In this document: positions 1-11,290 of the stretch, piece by piece
Position numbering within the stretch: the first letter of the stretch is position 1
Layout: the number at the start of each line of letters is the position of its first letter
Source of the DNA: Azolla caroliniana
Taxonomy: Eukaryota; Plantae; Polypodiophyta
NCBI GenBank assembly: GCA_043228905.1
Contig: JBHGNT010000011.1
Location: 12,090,001 to 12,154,000 of the forward strand
Direction of reading: 5' to 3'
Length of the DNA: 64,000 bases
Made by a program: the position numbers and the translations under genes
The notes under the pieces: generated by a model
The model's input: the letters and a program-made list of their open reading frames with translations, nothing else
The model's database searches: none
What the model was told of the DNA's origin: nothing

Positions 1-2512
1 TTCTGCTTCCCTTTTTCTTTGCGTGTGAACCGTCTCCTCGGTTCCTTGCACGGGGAGAGCACGACAGAGTCTCCACTACTCGCCGTCTCATCATCCGACT
101 GGTTGGACTGATCCAGTCTCTTATTCGGTCCACTTAACCGGAACGATTCCGGACTCTCATCTTGAGTCCCAGCTTCATCTTTCTCTACCTGGGCCGGTTC
201 GGGCTCACTAGCCCCATCCTCCGACATCGGGTCGGGATCGGAAGTCGGAGTCGGTAAGGAATACCACGATGCTGATTCATCAAACTTGACATCTCGGCTG
301 ACTCAGACCTGCTTCGTCTGGGGGTTATAACACTTATACCCCTTTTGCTCTTGAGCATAGCCGACTAGGATGCATTTTTCCGATTTTGCATCCAGCTTTC
401 TCCGCTTCTCATCCGACACATGTACATAGGCTATGCTGCCGAATATCTGGAGGTGTCTCAAATTCGGCTTGCGCTCGAAATACAGCTCGTGAGCTGACAC
501 CTTGTCCCCGATCCGGTTCTGGATGTAAACGACCATTTGGACCGCCTTTGCCCAGTAGAACTTGGGCATGCTCTTTTACTCCAACATTGCCCTAGCCGCG
601 TCAATCAGCGACTGATTCTTCCTTTCGGCCACACCATTATGTTGCGGTGTGTATCTGCAGCTGAATTCTCGCTGAATTCCTTTTTGTTGCATATAGCTGT
701 TGAATTGGCTGGAAAAGTACTCTTTTCCGCCATCCGACCGTAGGCATTTGATCTTCCTCTCCGATTTCCGTTCCACCATCTTCTGGAGGCTCCGGAAACA
801 CTCAAAGACTTCGCTCTTCCGCTCAATGAGGTAGATCCATGTATGTCGCGTGTAGTCGTCGATGAAGGAGACGAAATATCGACTCCCGCCAATGCTAACA
901 TTTTGTGTCGGTCCCCACACATCCGAATGGATAAGATCGAGCTTGTTACGGCTTCGATTTCTTTCGGTGGGGAATGGAAGCCGGTGTAGCTTCCCGAGTT
1001 GGCAGGCTTCACAAATCTGGGCTCTCCGGCCGCTAAACTTCGGCAAACCGAAAACGACTTGTTCCGTTTGTAGGTCTTGAAGCCTCCGGTAGTTGACGTG
1101 GCCGATCCGCTTGTGCCACAGGTCGATATCCGACTCGACCTTCGGTCCTTTGGCGAACAATGCGGTGCCGACGTCATTGGTGTTGAGGATAAACATCCTC
1201 CCATCTCTGCGCCCTTGCGTAATAACTTCGCCCTCATCCTCAATGAAGCACCTGAGGTGCGTAAACCGCACTTGCATCCCCTGGTCGACGATCTGTCCGA
1301 CCAACACCAGGTTCTTCGTGATTGTCAGAACATGTAATACATTCATCAGCTTCCCCCTTTGTCCGATGTGACTCAAAGGGACCTCTCCGACATACACGAT
1401 CGGGTGGGGAGTGTCGTCTCTGGTTTCGACAACTCCTGGTTGATCCGGCTTCTCCAAAAAGGAGAACCACTCCCCGTGGCTCGTCATGTGGTTCGATGTG
1501 CCGGAGTCAACATACCACACTTCCTCCGATTTGGAAGTGATCTTCTTCATTGAGTTTGCCTTGTGCTTCATCACCAAGGCTGGCCCCTTACCGTTCTTGG
1601 ATCCTCCCGATCCGTTTGCGTAGTGCGAGCTTTGCCGGCCTTCCTTACCGGTCTTGCCGGATCTGGTTTGTCCGAATTGGCATGCTTTCTCCAACACTCG
1701 CTTTCCCTGTGGCCCTTTTTGCCACAGTACCAACATTCCGTAGCGGATTTGTCTTGCCAGCCTCCGGCACCACCTTGACTCCCCTTGCTTGTGGAAGTCC
1801 CGGAACTGCTGTCGGCACGCTCACTTTGCCTTTGTTCCTGGTCTTGCCGGCCGCCTCCATTGCGTGCCGACCTACCTCGTCCACCACGCCCGCGGGACCG
1901 ATCCGCTCCCGTGTACAACATCCGGCTGTCTGGGGATGCACTAACGTGGTTCTCCTCTACAAGGAGCATCGACTGTAAGTTGAAAAATGAGGGCGTATTC
2001 TCCCTTGTACAAACCGTAGTCCGGAAAGCTCCGAACTTGGACGCCAAGCCTCCAAGACAGACCTGCACCATCTCGTCTTCCTCTACGGTGACATTAATAG
2101 AGGCAAGCGAGTCACAAATCCCTTTGATCCGGTTTGTGTAATCTGCCACCGACATTTTCTTCTATCGAACATTGCTCAACTCTTGTCTGTGTTGTAGCTT
2201 CCGGGCAGTGGTGCTTGCGGCGAAGACCTTTTTCAAGTTTCCCCAAGCATCCTTCGGTGTCTTGGTGTCACGGATATGGCTGAGCAGCTGGTCATCGACA
2301 TTGGACGCGAACCAGTACATCACCCTGCTTGCCGCCTGTTCCCACATTGGGAAGTCCTTGTGTGCCGTCTCCAGTGCTGAGTCGTTCACTCCGTCGACAT
2401 AACTTCAGTAGCCATGCCCAAGCAGGTACTGGTGCATCTTGTATGACCAAGATGCGTAGTTGGTTTTGTCGAGCTTCTCTACCGGGAGCGACATAGCCAT
2501 ACCTCTGTCCAT
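1..2512 (-). pseudogene. copia gag-pol polyprotein (gag-PR-IN part) with stops and a frameshift
   Basis: ORFs 2162-2389, 1571-2155, 576-1736 and 303-569 are consecutive pieces of one polyprotein; ATG at 2512. Confidence 0.9.
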
Positions 2513-2596
2513 TTCTCCTTTTTGTGTCTGTTTTCCGATCTGTTAGGGTTTCCTTCACAAGTGTAGATGTTTGCAGTAGAGGTTCTCAACCCACTC

Positions 2597-2608
2597 GCTC
2601 TGATACCA
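2597..2608 (-). promoter_or_regulatory. primer binding site, tRNA-iMet (TGGTATCAGAGC)
   Basis: + strand gctctgatacca directly abuts the LTR. Confidence 0.95.
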
Positions 2609-2675
2609 TGTTAAAGATTGCTTGTGGAAGCGTCAGAAAGAACAATACACAAAGAGAGAGAGAGAGTACGCGGGA

Positions 2676-2720
<45 letters not shown>

Positions 2721-3037
2721 CAAGACACACTATATTTCGAAAATTATATGAATACTCTGTGTTCTCTGTCTATATCTACAATGCACTCATCAGCGCTATT
2801 TATATACAAGTCCACACGGGACTGTTAGAAGTACGGTGTACTTCAATGCTCACACGAGCATCTGACACTAACGACGAGACTATAACTACCTAGTAGTCTA
2901 ACCTATACTAGGCTTCTAGTTATGGATTGGATCCGGTATACCGGCTCCCCAGCTCACCGGTCCTTACTGCTCACCGACATACCGATTCATCTCGCTTATT
3001 CAGCCGATCCGGCTCCGGTTGAGCTTGCCGCTCAACA
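2609..3037 (-). repeat. 5' LTR of copia element (contains (GA)n/(CA)n microsatellite)
   Basis: TGTTAA...TCAACA termini; PBS adjacent; LINE sequence resumes at 3038. Confidence 0.85.
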
Positions 3038-3186
3038 CATATGATCCAACTACCTCAACTACTTTATTAGAGAGGATTAGGTGACATTTACTCCTAACTC
3101 AGGATGATGTATAAAAGATAAGGACTTTAGTTTTCGCTAGATTCACTACCAATCCTCATTGTGTACAAAAGTCATCTAGGGCATTA

Positions 3187-4630
3187 AGATCCTTTTGTAG
3201 GTCGTGTTCCGACTCTGAGATCAAGGCAATATCGTCTACGTAGAGTAAGAGACTAACTTGCGTATCCCCAATAGCTACTCCCTTGCCTCCCTTATGAGCA
3301 ATAAAATTAGTGATCTCATCAATGTAGATCCCAAAAAGAGTCGGTGATAGGGGGCAACCCTGTTTTACACCAATGGTTCTAGTGAAACAATCGGATAGGC
3401 CATCTGGGCATCTTACGCACCTAAAGACTTGCTCATATAGGGCATAAATGGCCCAGATCATGTCATTTGGTATCTCCAAACTCTTAAGTCCTCGATTTCG
3501 CCGATGGTGTCGTTAAATGAGGCTTCTTCCATAATATGAGTCACGAACTCTCCTTCTTCTATTATATTCTCTTCTTTCAGCATCTTCTCGAATTCTTGTA
3601 TCTACCGCTTGTGCTTCTTGTCGGGTAGTACTAGTTTACATGCGCCACTAGGTGTGACACATGTTGCTTCTCCTTGCAATCCACGCACTCTTCTTTCTTG
3701 TGGGGTCTTGTGATTGCTCGAACTATTTGTGCCCCATGCTTCAATAGTCCGCTCTAAAAATCCGAGGATTCGCCTCCGAGACTATCTCGATTCCTTTCAT
3801 GATTGGCTCACACCGTTAGGAATTGGACCGATCTTTGGTTGTCAAGACTCTTTATTCGTGCGAAGGCTGCTCCATTATCGAACACTTTGGTCTCCATCCG
3901 AGATGATGTGATATAAGGTTGCCCTAGGATGACAGGATGCGACACCAATTCTTGTACGAAGAAGTGTTGTTCCATCTCCACATCCCCGATCGTGACTCTG
4001 ACATTGGGACAAGATCCGTACAAATCCTCCATAGACTTTGTTGCCGTGCGAATCTTCCATCCGTGGTTTGTATTGATTGGCCATCTTCCTTTTTTGTAGA
4101 AGTCGGTTGACATGAGGTTGATCTCCGAGCCGTGGTCGATCAAGGCTACCACAGTCTCTTTCTTCTCCCCGATCTTCACCGGCGTCTCCGTTGTCGCTCG
4201 TGCCCAATGAGGTCGAGTGTAGTGGCTGTCCACCATATCTTCATCGATTTCGTCTCTTGCCATCGTTATGGCATTCGTTTTTGCTTTTTGCGGCTTCTCT
4301 TCTTCCTCGTCCGATTGTTGTCTCCGAGATCCTTTTGTAGGTCGTGTTCCGACTTCGAGATCAAGGCAATGTCATCTACGTAGAGTAAGAGACTAACTTG
4401 CGTATCCCCAATAGCTACTCCCTTGCCTCCCTTACGAGCAATAAAATTAGTGATCTCATCAATCTAGATCCCAAAAAGAGTCGGTGATAGGGGGCAACCC
4501 TGTTTTACACCAATGGTTCTAGTGAAACAATCGGATAGGCCATCTGGGCATCTTACGCACCTAAAGACTTGCTCATATAGGGCATAAATGGCCCAGATCA
4601 TGTCATTTGGTATCTCCAAGCTCTCAAGTC
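3187..4630. repeat. 304-bp direct duplication of LINE RT (3187-3490 and 4327-4630) flanking a gypsy fragment
   Basis: Near-identical copies offset by 1140 bp, both encoding ...GVKQGCPLSPTLFGI.... Confidence 0.9.
3491..4326 (-). pseudogene. LTR-less fragment of a diverged Trp-family gypsy element (protease plus frameshift junction)
   Basis: SHYTRPHWARATTETPVKIG...LIDHGSEINLM...VQFLTV is homologous to ORF 31884-34010; GGATTTTTAG at 3763-3754. Confidence 0.9.
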
Positions 4631-6336
4631 TATCAAACAACTTCTCCCTAGGAACTGTGTCAAAGGCTTTGCAGATGTCCACAAAGCAACAATATAGTTT
4701 CTTCTTACGATCCTTCGTCTGGTCAATTAAGCACCTAAGTGTGAAGATATGGTCAATAGTGGAGAAGGCTCGTCTAAAGCCAGCCTGCTCAGGTGCTTGA
4801 AGACTTAATGTTTCCATATAATCTCTGAGCTCCGCTTCCATTACCGCACCATATAGTTTAGCGAGTGTATGAGCTATCATAATGGTCCTATATGTATTTG
4901 GGTCCATTGGGTCCCCTCCTTTATGTATAGGGTCCACTGTGTTCATGGTCCATTGTGGTGGAAAACCCTCGGCGAGGGCGCGGTTGAAGGTTAGAGTGAG
5001 AAAGGGGGCTAGGCACTCTCGAGCATATATGATGTGCTCGGCTCGCAATCCTGTGCGGTCCATGAATTTCCTATGTTGTAATTTTTTTATGAACTTCGTG
5101 ACCCTAGAGGTCGTGAAAAGTGTCCCCACGGTAGGTCGGGGTGTGGAAGGCATTGGAATGGGTGGTTGGTTCGGGACATGGTAGAGTCTCTCGATATATG
5201 TGTGCCAAATATTGGGATCCTCGATGGGTGTTTGTGGTCGCGATTCCTGTAGTCTCTTCCATGCAATTGCACAATCCCTACTCATGAGCATATGGTAGAG
5301 TTCCCAATATTGGGATGCTTTCCAAGCTCGTATTTTACGACGTGTCATCTTACTCTTTTCGAGCATGTACTGAGGAAATAGTACCACTAAGTCGCAACAC
5401 TTTAAGTTGTCTATACAACTCTCTACAATCCTCATCATACCACTTGTTTTGTGGCATAGACCCCATTCTACTATAATTGGAGTGTTTCATGTATGGGAAG
5501 CTACTAATTGTTGTTGAGTGAAGGATGTGTGCGAGTTCTATAGTGAGGTTCTCTAAAGGCAATGAAGAATCAAAAGAGGAGAGATGGGCTTGAACATGTC
5601 GGGAGTAGATGTCAGCGAGCTCATGCATGAAATATATTATGGTGTGATGGTTTGGTTCACTAGAGTTGGTGGCGTGGGAGGTGTTCCATTTTAGCTCAAA
5701 GTATAGGAAGTTATGGTCTGCACCAATGGGGCATGGGGCCAACCCAGAAGGAGTTAACCATGTGGGTAGCTTTAGGACGTCCTATTAAGTAATCAATTGT
5801 GTTTTCCCCTCCTCCATGTGGGAAACATGTGAGAGCTTCCGAGCCCGGCCACTTGGCTAAGCCATTATATATGATCATCTGGTGTCGGCTTCCAAGTTCA
5901 AGCAGATGATGGCCAAGACTTGTGGCGTCCGCACCTTGATCCTTTGATGTATGCGTAATGTCTAAGTCTAAAGGGTCGACATTCACCATTTCTAGGTTTC
6001 TATCCATTTGAAATATTGTGCATTGTCAAGATTGGGTTCTCGCATTGAAATCTCCTACAAGGAAGACTTCCCCTTGAGAAGAAATTCGGATTATGTCATT
6101 CGATAAAGGTTCATATGCAGAAGGCCCATGTGGCGTTCCTTCATCAACTATACTCGCCTCTCCAGCCATATTATATTGGGTTCCTTTCGGGGGGAAGTAA
6201 CACACGGCGATAAATATCGCCTGATCCTTGCTAGTGAGGACTTTCACCCACATAAAACGGGCTTTTGGGTCTTCCTTTAGTATTTCTATCCTATTATGTA
6301 TCTCTCTCCGAAATAGTATTGCAACCCCTCCAAACC

Positions 6337-6916
6337 TGTTAGGAAACGGGTCTCTCTGGATGGGAAGAGAAGAACCGAATTGATGAGAAGCTCGGTCGAG
6401 GCCGATAGGCCAAGGCCGAAACCGAAATCATGTAGATAGCCAACTTGGAAGACTATACTTGTAAATAGTCTAAATATGCCCTTATGGGCTACACTTGTAA
6501 ATAACTCAAAAGGTGTACTAGTATAAGTACTTAGGGCAATCATAATATGATTATGAAGATTTGTTGTTAAAAGGTGACTGAGAAGCTCGTTGCCTCTGTA
6601 ACTGTGTAACGGTAAGTGAGTGAGAGTGAGAGCGTGTGTAACTCTGTAGCCGTCTGTTGACGAAGTTGAATCTCGAGGTCTTGCCTCGGAGTTTCTAGTT
6701 GTACTCCTTCTTTTAGCATAGTGATTCTGTTTCTCGGGGTTTGTGGACCCCTGTGGTTTTTCCCATTTTGGGTTTCCACGTTAAAATCGTGTGTTTCTGT
6801 CTCTTGTGCTATTTTTGTTTTTCGTACTCTATCTGAGACTGTGCATTCTATTTTACGTTCCCTGCACCCGAACATCCGAACCAGAAGCCGGTTGTAGTCG
6901 GTCATGATTCTCGACA
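6337..6916 (+). mobile_element. solo LTR inserted in the LINE endonuclease
   Basis: TGTTAG...TCGACA; AACC duplicated (AAACC if the terminal A is shared); removal restores TRGFGGVAILF. Confidence 0.85.
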
Positions 6917-7141
6917 AACCCTCTAGTAGTATGTTGACGTGTGGTTTATCTAAAGACATTCCCAACGAAAACCGTCAACTCGTGGTAGTCCTCGATTTGG
7001 GCTCTGATGTGTTTCTACTAAAAAAAGTATGTCAGATACCTTCAAAATCTCCTCTAGACGGCTAGGGTGTGTCCAAAGTGCACTGTTACAGTTCCATAAA
7101 GTCATCCTAAGTTTATTGTCTATCACATGGGCCACACGCCG

Positions 7142-7933
7142 TCAATTGGCAACACGATCATTTATTATCACACGTTTGTCTCGGTAAAAAGCACGATGCC
7201 CCTCTTTACAAGCTTGTATGACTCACAACATACAAGTTTTACGATGCTCAATTTGCATCTTGGTCAGGTCTTCATCGAGGTAGATAGGATCCCCACCCAA
7301 TCCTCGAAGAATTGGTCTCATTTTAAAAAATGTGATTCTAGATTCCGAGTCCTTAAACTGAAGGACCAAAGCTCTTTTCCTAGTGGTGTCACGTCCTACC
7401 CTCCAAATTTTAGTGATTGGTAGGGCTTCGTACCCCAACATTTTCCCTAATGTTTGTGCATCTTTGTCAGGAGATGCCCCTTCCTAGAGCCCAGTAACTC
7501 GTACATTTAGGTGTCGAGCTTGACGCATTTTTTCCTCCTCAAGGGTAGTGTTTACAATATTTTCATCCTTTAGTTCCTTTTTAATATGGCGTTTTACTAC
7601 ATCACCCCACCTAGTTTTTGTTAATTCCATATCACTTTTAACCTCTTCCTTAACCTTTTTGATCTCGTCCTTAATATCCTCTAGGGAAGATATTTCACCA
7701 TCTTCCCTAGATGTCTCAAGGTCCTTAACTTGTTTTTGAAGGTTCCTGTTGTCTACTTTAAGTTTTGTTATTTCAGCAATAAACACTTCTTTTTCTTCCT
7801 TATCTTTTAGTTTTTCAGCATCAATCTCTTTCGCCCATTTTTCTATTTTAACTAAACAGTTAAGGACATCTAAAAATTCTTCCTTACTTATAATTTCTTT
7901 GTGTGTTTCCTTATGGTTTCATCTAGAAGTCAT
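7142..7933 (-). pseudogene. LINE ORF1 (coiled coil plus RRM/CTD-like region)
   Basis: ORFs 7484-7786 and 7223-7441 are in one frame; NVRVTGL...LVLQF...IYLDEDLT motifs are typical of LINE ORF1; sits directly upstream of the EN domain. Confidence 0.75.
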
Positions 7934-8497
7934 GTTGTAAACCAAAAGATAAAAGAAAGAAAAGACAAAGAGGACAGAAAAACTTAGACGAGCATTGATG
8001 CCTTGTGCGCTAGGTTTGAGTGTAGAAGCACATGTATGCTCTCTCGTTTACTCCGTCGATGACGTCGTCAGAAGCGTACGTGATAGCGGCAGTCGACAAC
8101 GATTACAAGGCAATGACTACACACAACAACGGCGGCGGCAACGACAACGGTGACAACGGTAGTGGCGACGGCGACGACAGCAAACAATGACAGCAACGAT
8201 AGAAAGAGCCATTACAGAGAGAGGGACATTACAGAGAAACTAAAATATGCTGAAAATTTTGATATATGGATAAATTATTATTTTCAAAAACTAATGTAGT
8301 CAATGTATGCCTAATATTTTTAATTAGTCTATCGATGATATTGTAGCCTAATCTAATATAAGAAAGATTAGAGGGACAGAATAGAGAGAGTAGCAAAAGT
8401 GCGCGAAACAAAGGACATGGAAAGAGAACCAAAAGCAGAGGAGAAGAAAGAGAGATCAGAGAAGAAAAGAAAAAGAAGAATAGAGAAGCGCATTGTC

Positions 8498-8650
8498 AAG
8501 AATTTCAAAAGCTCGAGGGCATAGCGAAAAATTTCAAAAACTAGAGGGCAATCGAAGAAATATTTTCAAAAACTTGAGGCCACATTATAAAATTTCAAAA
8601 CAATTGAGGGGTAAGAAATATAATTTCGGAAACCCAAGGGTACAAAAACT
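8498..8650. repeat. about five degenerate ~29-bp units (AATTTCAAAA...GAGGGC); possible DNA-transposon (MULE-like) terminal repeat
   Basis: Periodic motif seen directly; no partner TIR found in the window. Confidence 0.4.
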
Positions 8651-9019
8651 CATCACCACTCACACCAGTGAAGAAAAAAAAAGAGAGAAAAAAAGAGAAA
8701 AAATACACATATATCCAAAATCATTTTTAAACCTAAAAGACTTTACCAAAGTGGACAAGCCGATTGGTATGTGATCCAATTGTGAGATGTGTTGACCGAA
8801 CGAGAAGGTTCATGTCAAGCAAGCTCCGATCGAAGTTATCGATCGTAGAGCAGTGATCCAGTCGAGGGATTTATGACCAAAGAGAAGACCAATGGAGTTT
8901 CAGTCGACGAGTTTTTGTCATGGGCATGTGGGTTTGGCGTGCAAGGTATTACCTATATAGGTGTACGGGAGGGTTAAGGGTGTAATGTATAAGGTGTAAT
9001 GTGGAAGGTACAATGTGTA

Positions 9020-9655
9020 ATGTCTGAGTGTGAGGAAGGCACACCGACTTCACCAAGGACCTGTAGGAGTTTCGAGCACAAAGCGAGATGTGCAAAACTC
9101 GGATTAAGGATTTGCTAACCAAGCATCGGCAACAATTGTACTCATGGATCGAGGAAGCTTTGTCGCACGGATGGAACATATGGTCGGTACAAGTGGTCGA
9201 ATTATAAATATTCCTCGCTGATCACGAGAACCGCAAAAAGGAGGGCCAAGGATTTTACAAGATGGATGAGAACATCCAACTACTCTGAGAAGACCTCACC
9301 GAGGAATTCTCCTCCCTTGCCTAGATTCACAGCGAGGAAGTATAGAAACTCCTCCAGGACTTCGAGGACGAGCAGGTGCAACTCGCCCTTGACTTAGAAC
9401 GTTACGAACAGGAGCAACTCAAGGCGGAGACCGCAACCGATGCCCCAACAAAAGGGGAAGAAGAACCCCCCCGAGGAAGCATGTCCGAGCAGGCGGCAAC
9501 ACTGGGAAACAAGGAGCAAATACGCAAGGAATAGGAGCAAGGAGATCGGTCGACCAACACCCGACCGGGAGGATGCACTCAATGAACCAACCCCGCAAAA
9601 CACGTCTGAGGAAATGCAAGCCGAGCAACCAATGACCGACCTGAATGGGAACTAA
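9020..9655 (+). pseudogene. orphan helical/coiled-coil ORF homologous to the C-terminal part of the extra ORF at 15500-16030
   Basis: Frame from 9088 reads GWNIWSVQVVEL*IFLADHENRKKEGQGFYKMDENIQLL*EDLTEEFSSLA*...ERYEQEQ; all stops are C>T-type; TATA-like cctatatagg near 8952. Confidence 0.7.
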
Positions 9656-10215
9656 TCAACCGGGCCCGACCCAACCGAAACCTGGACGGAAGTCGTTCGT
9701 TTGAGTCCGATTCGGTTGAATGCAAATTCGGACGAAGGCCGACCAAGCGAGAAGTTGATTGGTCGAGGCAAATCTAGAAAGAAGTTGAGCCGACCTAGCC
9801 GTAGGTTGAAGCAAACGAGCCGTGACACCCGGTCGAGGCTAGTGAGCATGACGAAAGTCAAGCATGAAACAAGAAAGACCAATCAGAGGAAGTTTGATGA
9901 CCAAGGAAATGGTCAGGATGAAGGCGGCACATGTACGATGCATGAAGGGTTACGCTCAGGTGGAGCAAAAGGGGTTATGCCAAGTGGTCATGGCAATGCG
10001 AAGGGCGAGCGAATGATATGATTGATCGGTTGGCGACGATGGTTTGGGTGGAAGGAATGCATGTGCTGAAAATGGATGACAAATGCCGACGCAGGCGAGG
10101 CGTAAGAAGAAAGAAATCAAAGGCCAACCACCTTTGAGTCCACCACATCACTCTTTTCTTCTTGGCACATGGCGGAGGATGTGCGGTTTGGTACGGGTGG
10201 ATGTCGTGATGTTGT

Positions 10216-10379
10216 GTGTCCAATGGGAGAAATTGTGAAATAGTATAGTTCCACACATTACACAAATGATTATAAATATGAAAATTATCCTAAGGCCGTG
10301 TCCAATGGGAGAAATTGTGAAATAGTATAGTTCCACACATTACACAAATGATTATAAATATGAAAATTATCCTAGGGCC
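10216..10379. repeat. 82-bp tandem duplication within LTR
   Basis: 10216-10297 and 10298-10379 are near-identical. Confidence 0.95.
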
Positions 10380-10402
10380 TAGTGCATTCGAGTGCATATA
10401 AA

Positions 10403-10470
10403 GGGGTGCAAGTAAGATTTGAACCTTGCACCTCCAAGATATAAAACATTTATCTTACCATTAGGGCTAC
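10403..10470 (-). promoter_or_regulatory. tRNA-derived A/B-box module, antisense, in LTR U3
   Basis: Minus strand tagccctaatgg...ggttcaaatc; homologous to 13481-13552. Confidence 0.7.
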
Positions 10471-10931
10471 TTCCAAGTAATTTAAATGTTATCTATTTCT
10501 TTTTATATTCAAAAGGCATAGGAAAACAACCATACAAAACCGTGTGCACAAAACCATGTTCCAAGCTATGGTTTTGTGCATGCCACAAGAAAAACCGTGT
10601 GCCCAAAAACCATGGGTCCAAGCCCATGGTTTTGTGCATGTTGGAAGCATGGATAGACCTATAAAAACCCTCGTAAGGCTTGTGTAAAGGGGGGGCTCAA
10701 TATGTGATATTATCATTATCACTATCACCATCAAAATAATAATCTTCTTCTTATTATTCTTGTTGATCTTCTTCTCGAGTGTAAAAATTTCCGATCTTCT
10801 CAAGTGTAGTGCTCGTTGTTTCCCCAAATCTTACATTCACATCCTCCTCTTCTCAATAACTCCCTGGTCCAAGACCCGGTGGTCCCGTTCAAGCAAAGCA
10901 CGCACACACGCGCATATCTTCGTGACAACGT

Positions 10932-11290
10932 GTCTAAGGATCGGTTGTAGCCGATCCCACAACATAGCCTTCTTATTTTGACAGTCATAATCCCATCCAA
11001 CTGAAATAGTCTGAATAACTACCACAAGCACCGGGAAGTTCATATACCTCATAGCAACGGTCTCGTTAGGGCGATGAGACCTCAATTCTCCTTCGCACCA
11101 CAATACCTTGAAGTGATTACTCAGGAGGGGTAGTCGAAGGTGTTTTCTCTAGGAGGGAGTAATAGTTGGTTTTACACCTCTTGATTCACTACCCTCGCTC
11201 CTAAATCATGCAGAGCCTTCAAGTCTCTCTCTTTCTCTCCCTCACTATATTGCATTCTTTTTACCCCTAGGGACGGTTTTCTCCACGACA
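10932..11290 (-). repeat. partial LTR (5' end) of Trp-family type, inserted in a Tat-like RT
   Basis: Minus strand starts TGTCGTGGAGAAAACCGTCCCTAG, compare tgtcatgaagaaaaccgtcccctag at 49113. Confidence 0.75.

Larger units (their letters stand above)
1..3037 (-). mobile_element. Ty1/copia LTR retrotransposon (5' part; runs off window start), inserted in a LINE RT region
   Basis: Domain order gag (CWYCGKKGHRESEC knuckle), protease (WYVDSGTSNHMT), GAG-pre-integrase (LWHKRIGH), integrase (HSDVWGP, RSDGGKEY, NGVAERKN). Met-i PBS next to a TG...CA LTR. Confidence 0.95.
3043..7990 (-). mobile_element. non-LTR retrotransposon (RTE-X-like LINE with ORF1 and EN-RT ORF2), degenerate
   Basis: EN motifs (TLWNCN, DILFLVETH, VCYFPP, LVGDFNART, TIDY, DH); RT motifs (EQAGFR, FVDICKAFDTVPR, GVKQGCPLSPTLF, YVDD). 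Clade assignment is inference; 5' boundary approximate. Confidence 0.85.
8780..10927 (+). mobile_element. 5'-truncated, probably non-autonomous Trp-family gypsy derivative: orphan ORF, 3' hairpin/PPT and 3' LTR
   Basis: 10162-10209 ttggcacatggcggaggatgtgcggtttggtacgggtgga-TGTCGTGA matches the pre-LTR tract of the intact copy (37531-37578). Left boundary approximate. Confidence 0.65.
10202..10927 (+). repeat. LTR of Trp-family type
   Basis: TGTCGTGA...CGTGACA termini; TATA cctataaaa ~10659; family U5 motif ccaagacccggtggtccc at ~10869; followed by ACGT. Confidence 0.8.

Noticed and set aside
2618-2893. ORFs with HTHTHT runs (and SLSL/ERER ORFs elsewhere)
   Set aside because: Translations of (CA)n and (GA)n microsatellites in LTRs.
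8050-8200. CAA/CGA/CGG-rich tract as a gene 5' end
   Set aside because: Low-complexity sequence with no supported ORF or splice structure.
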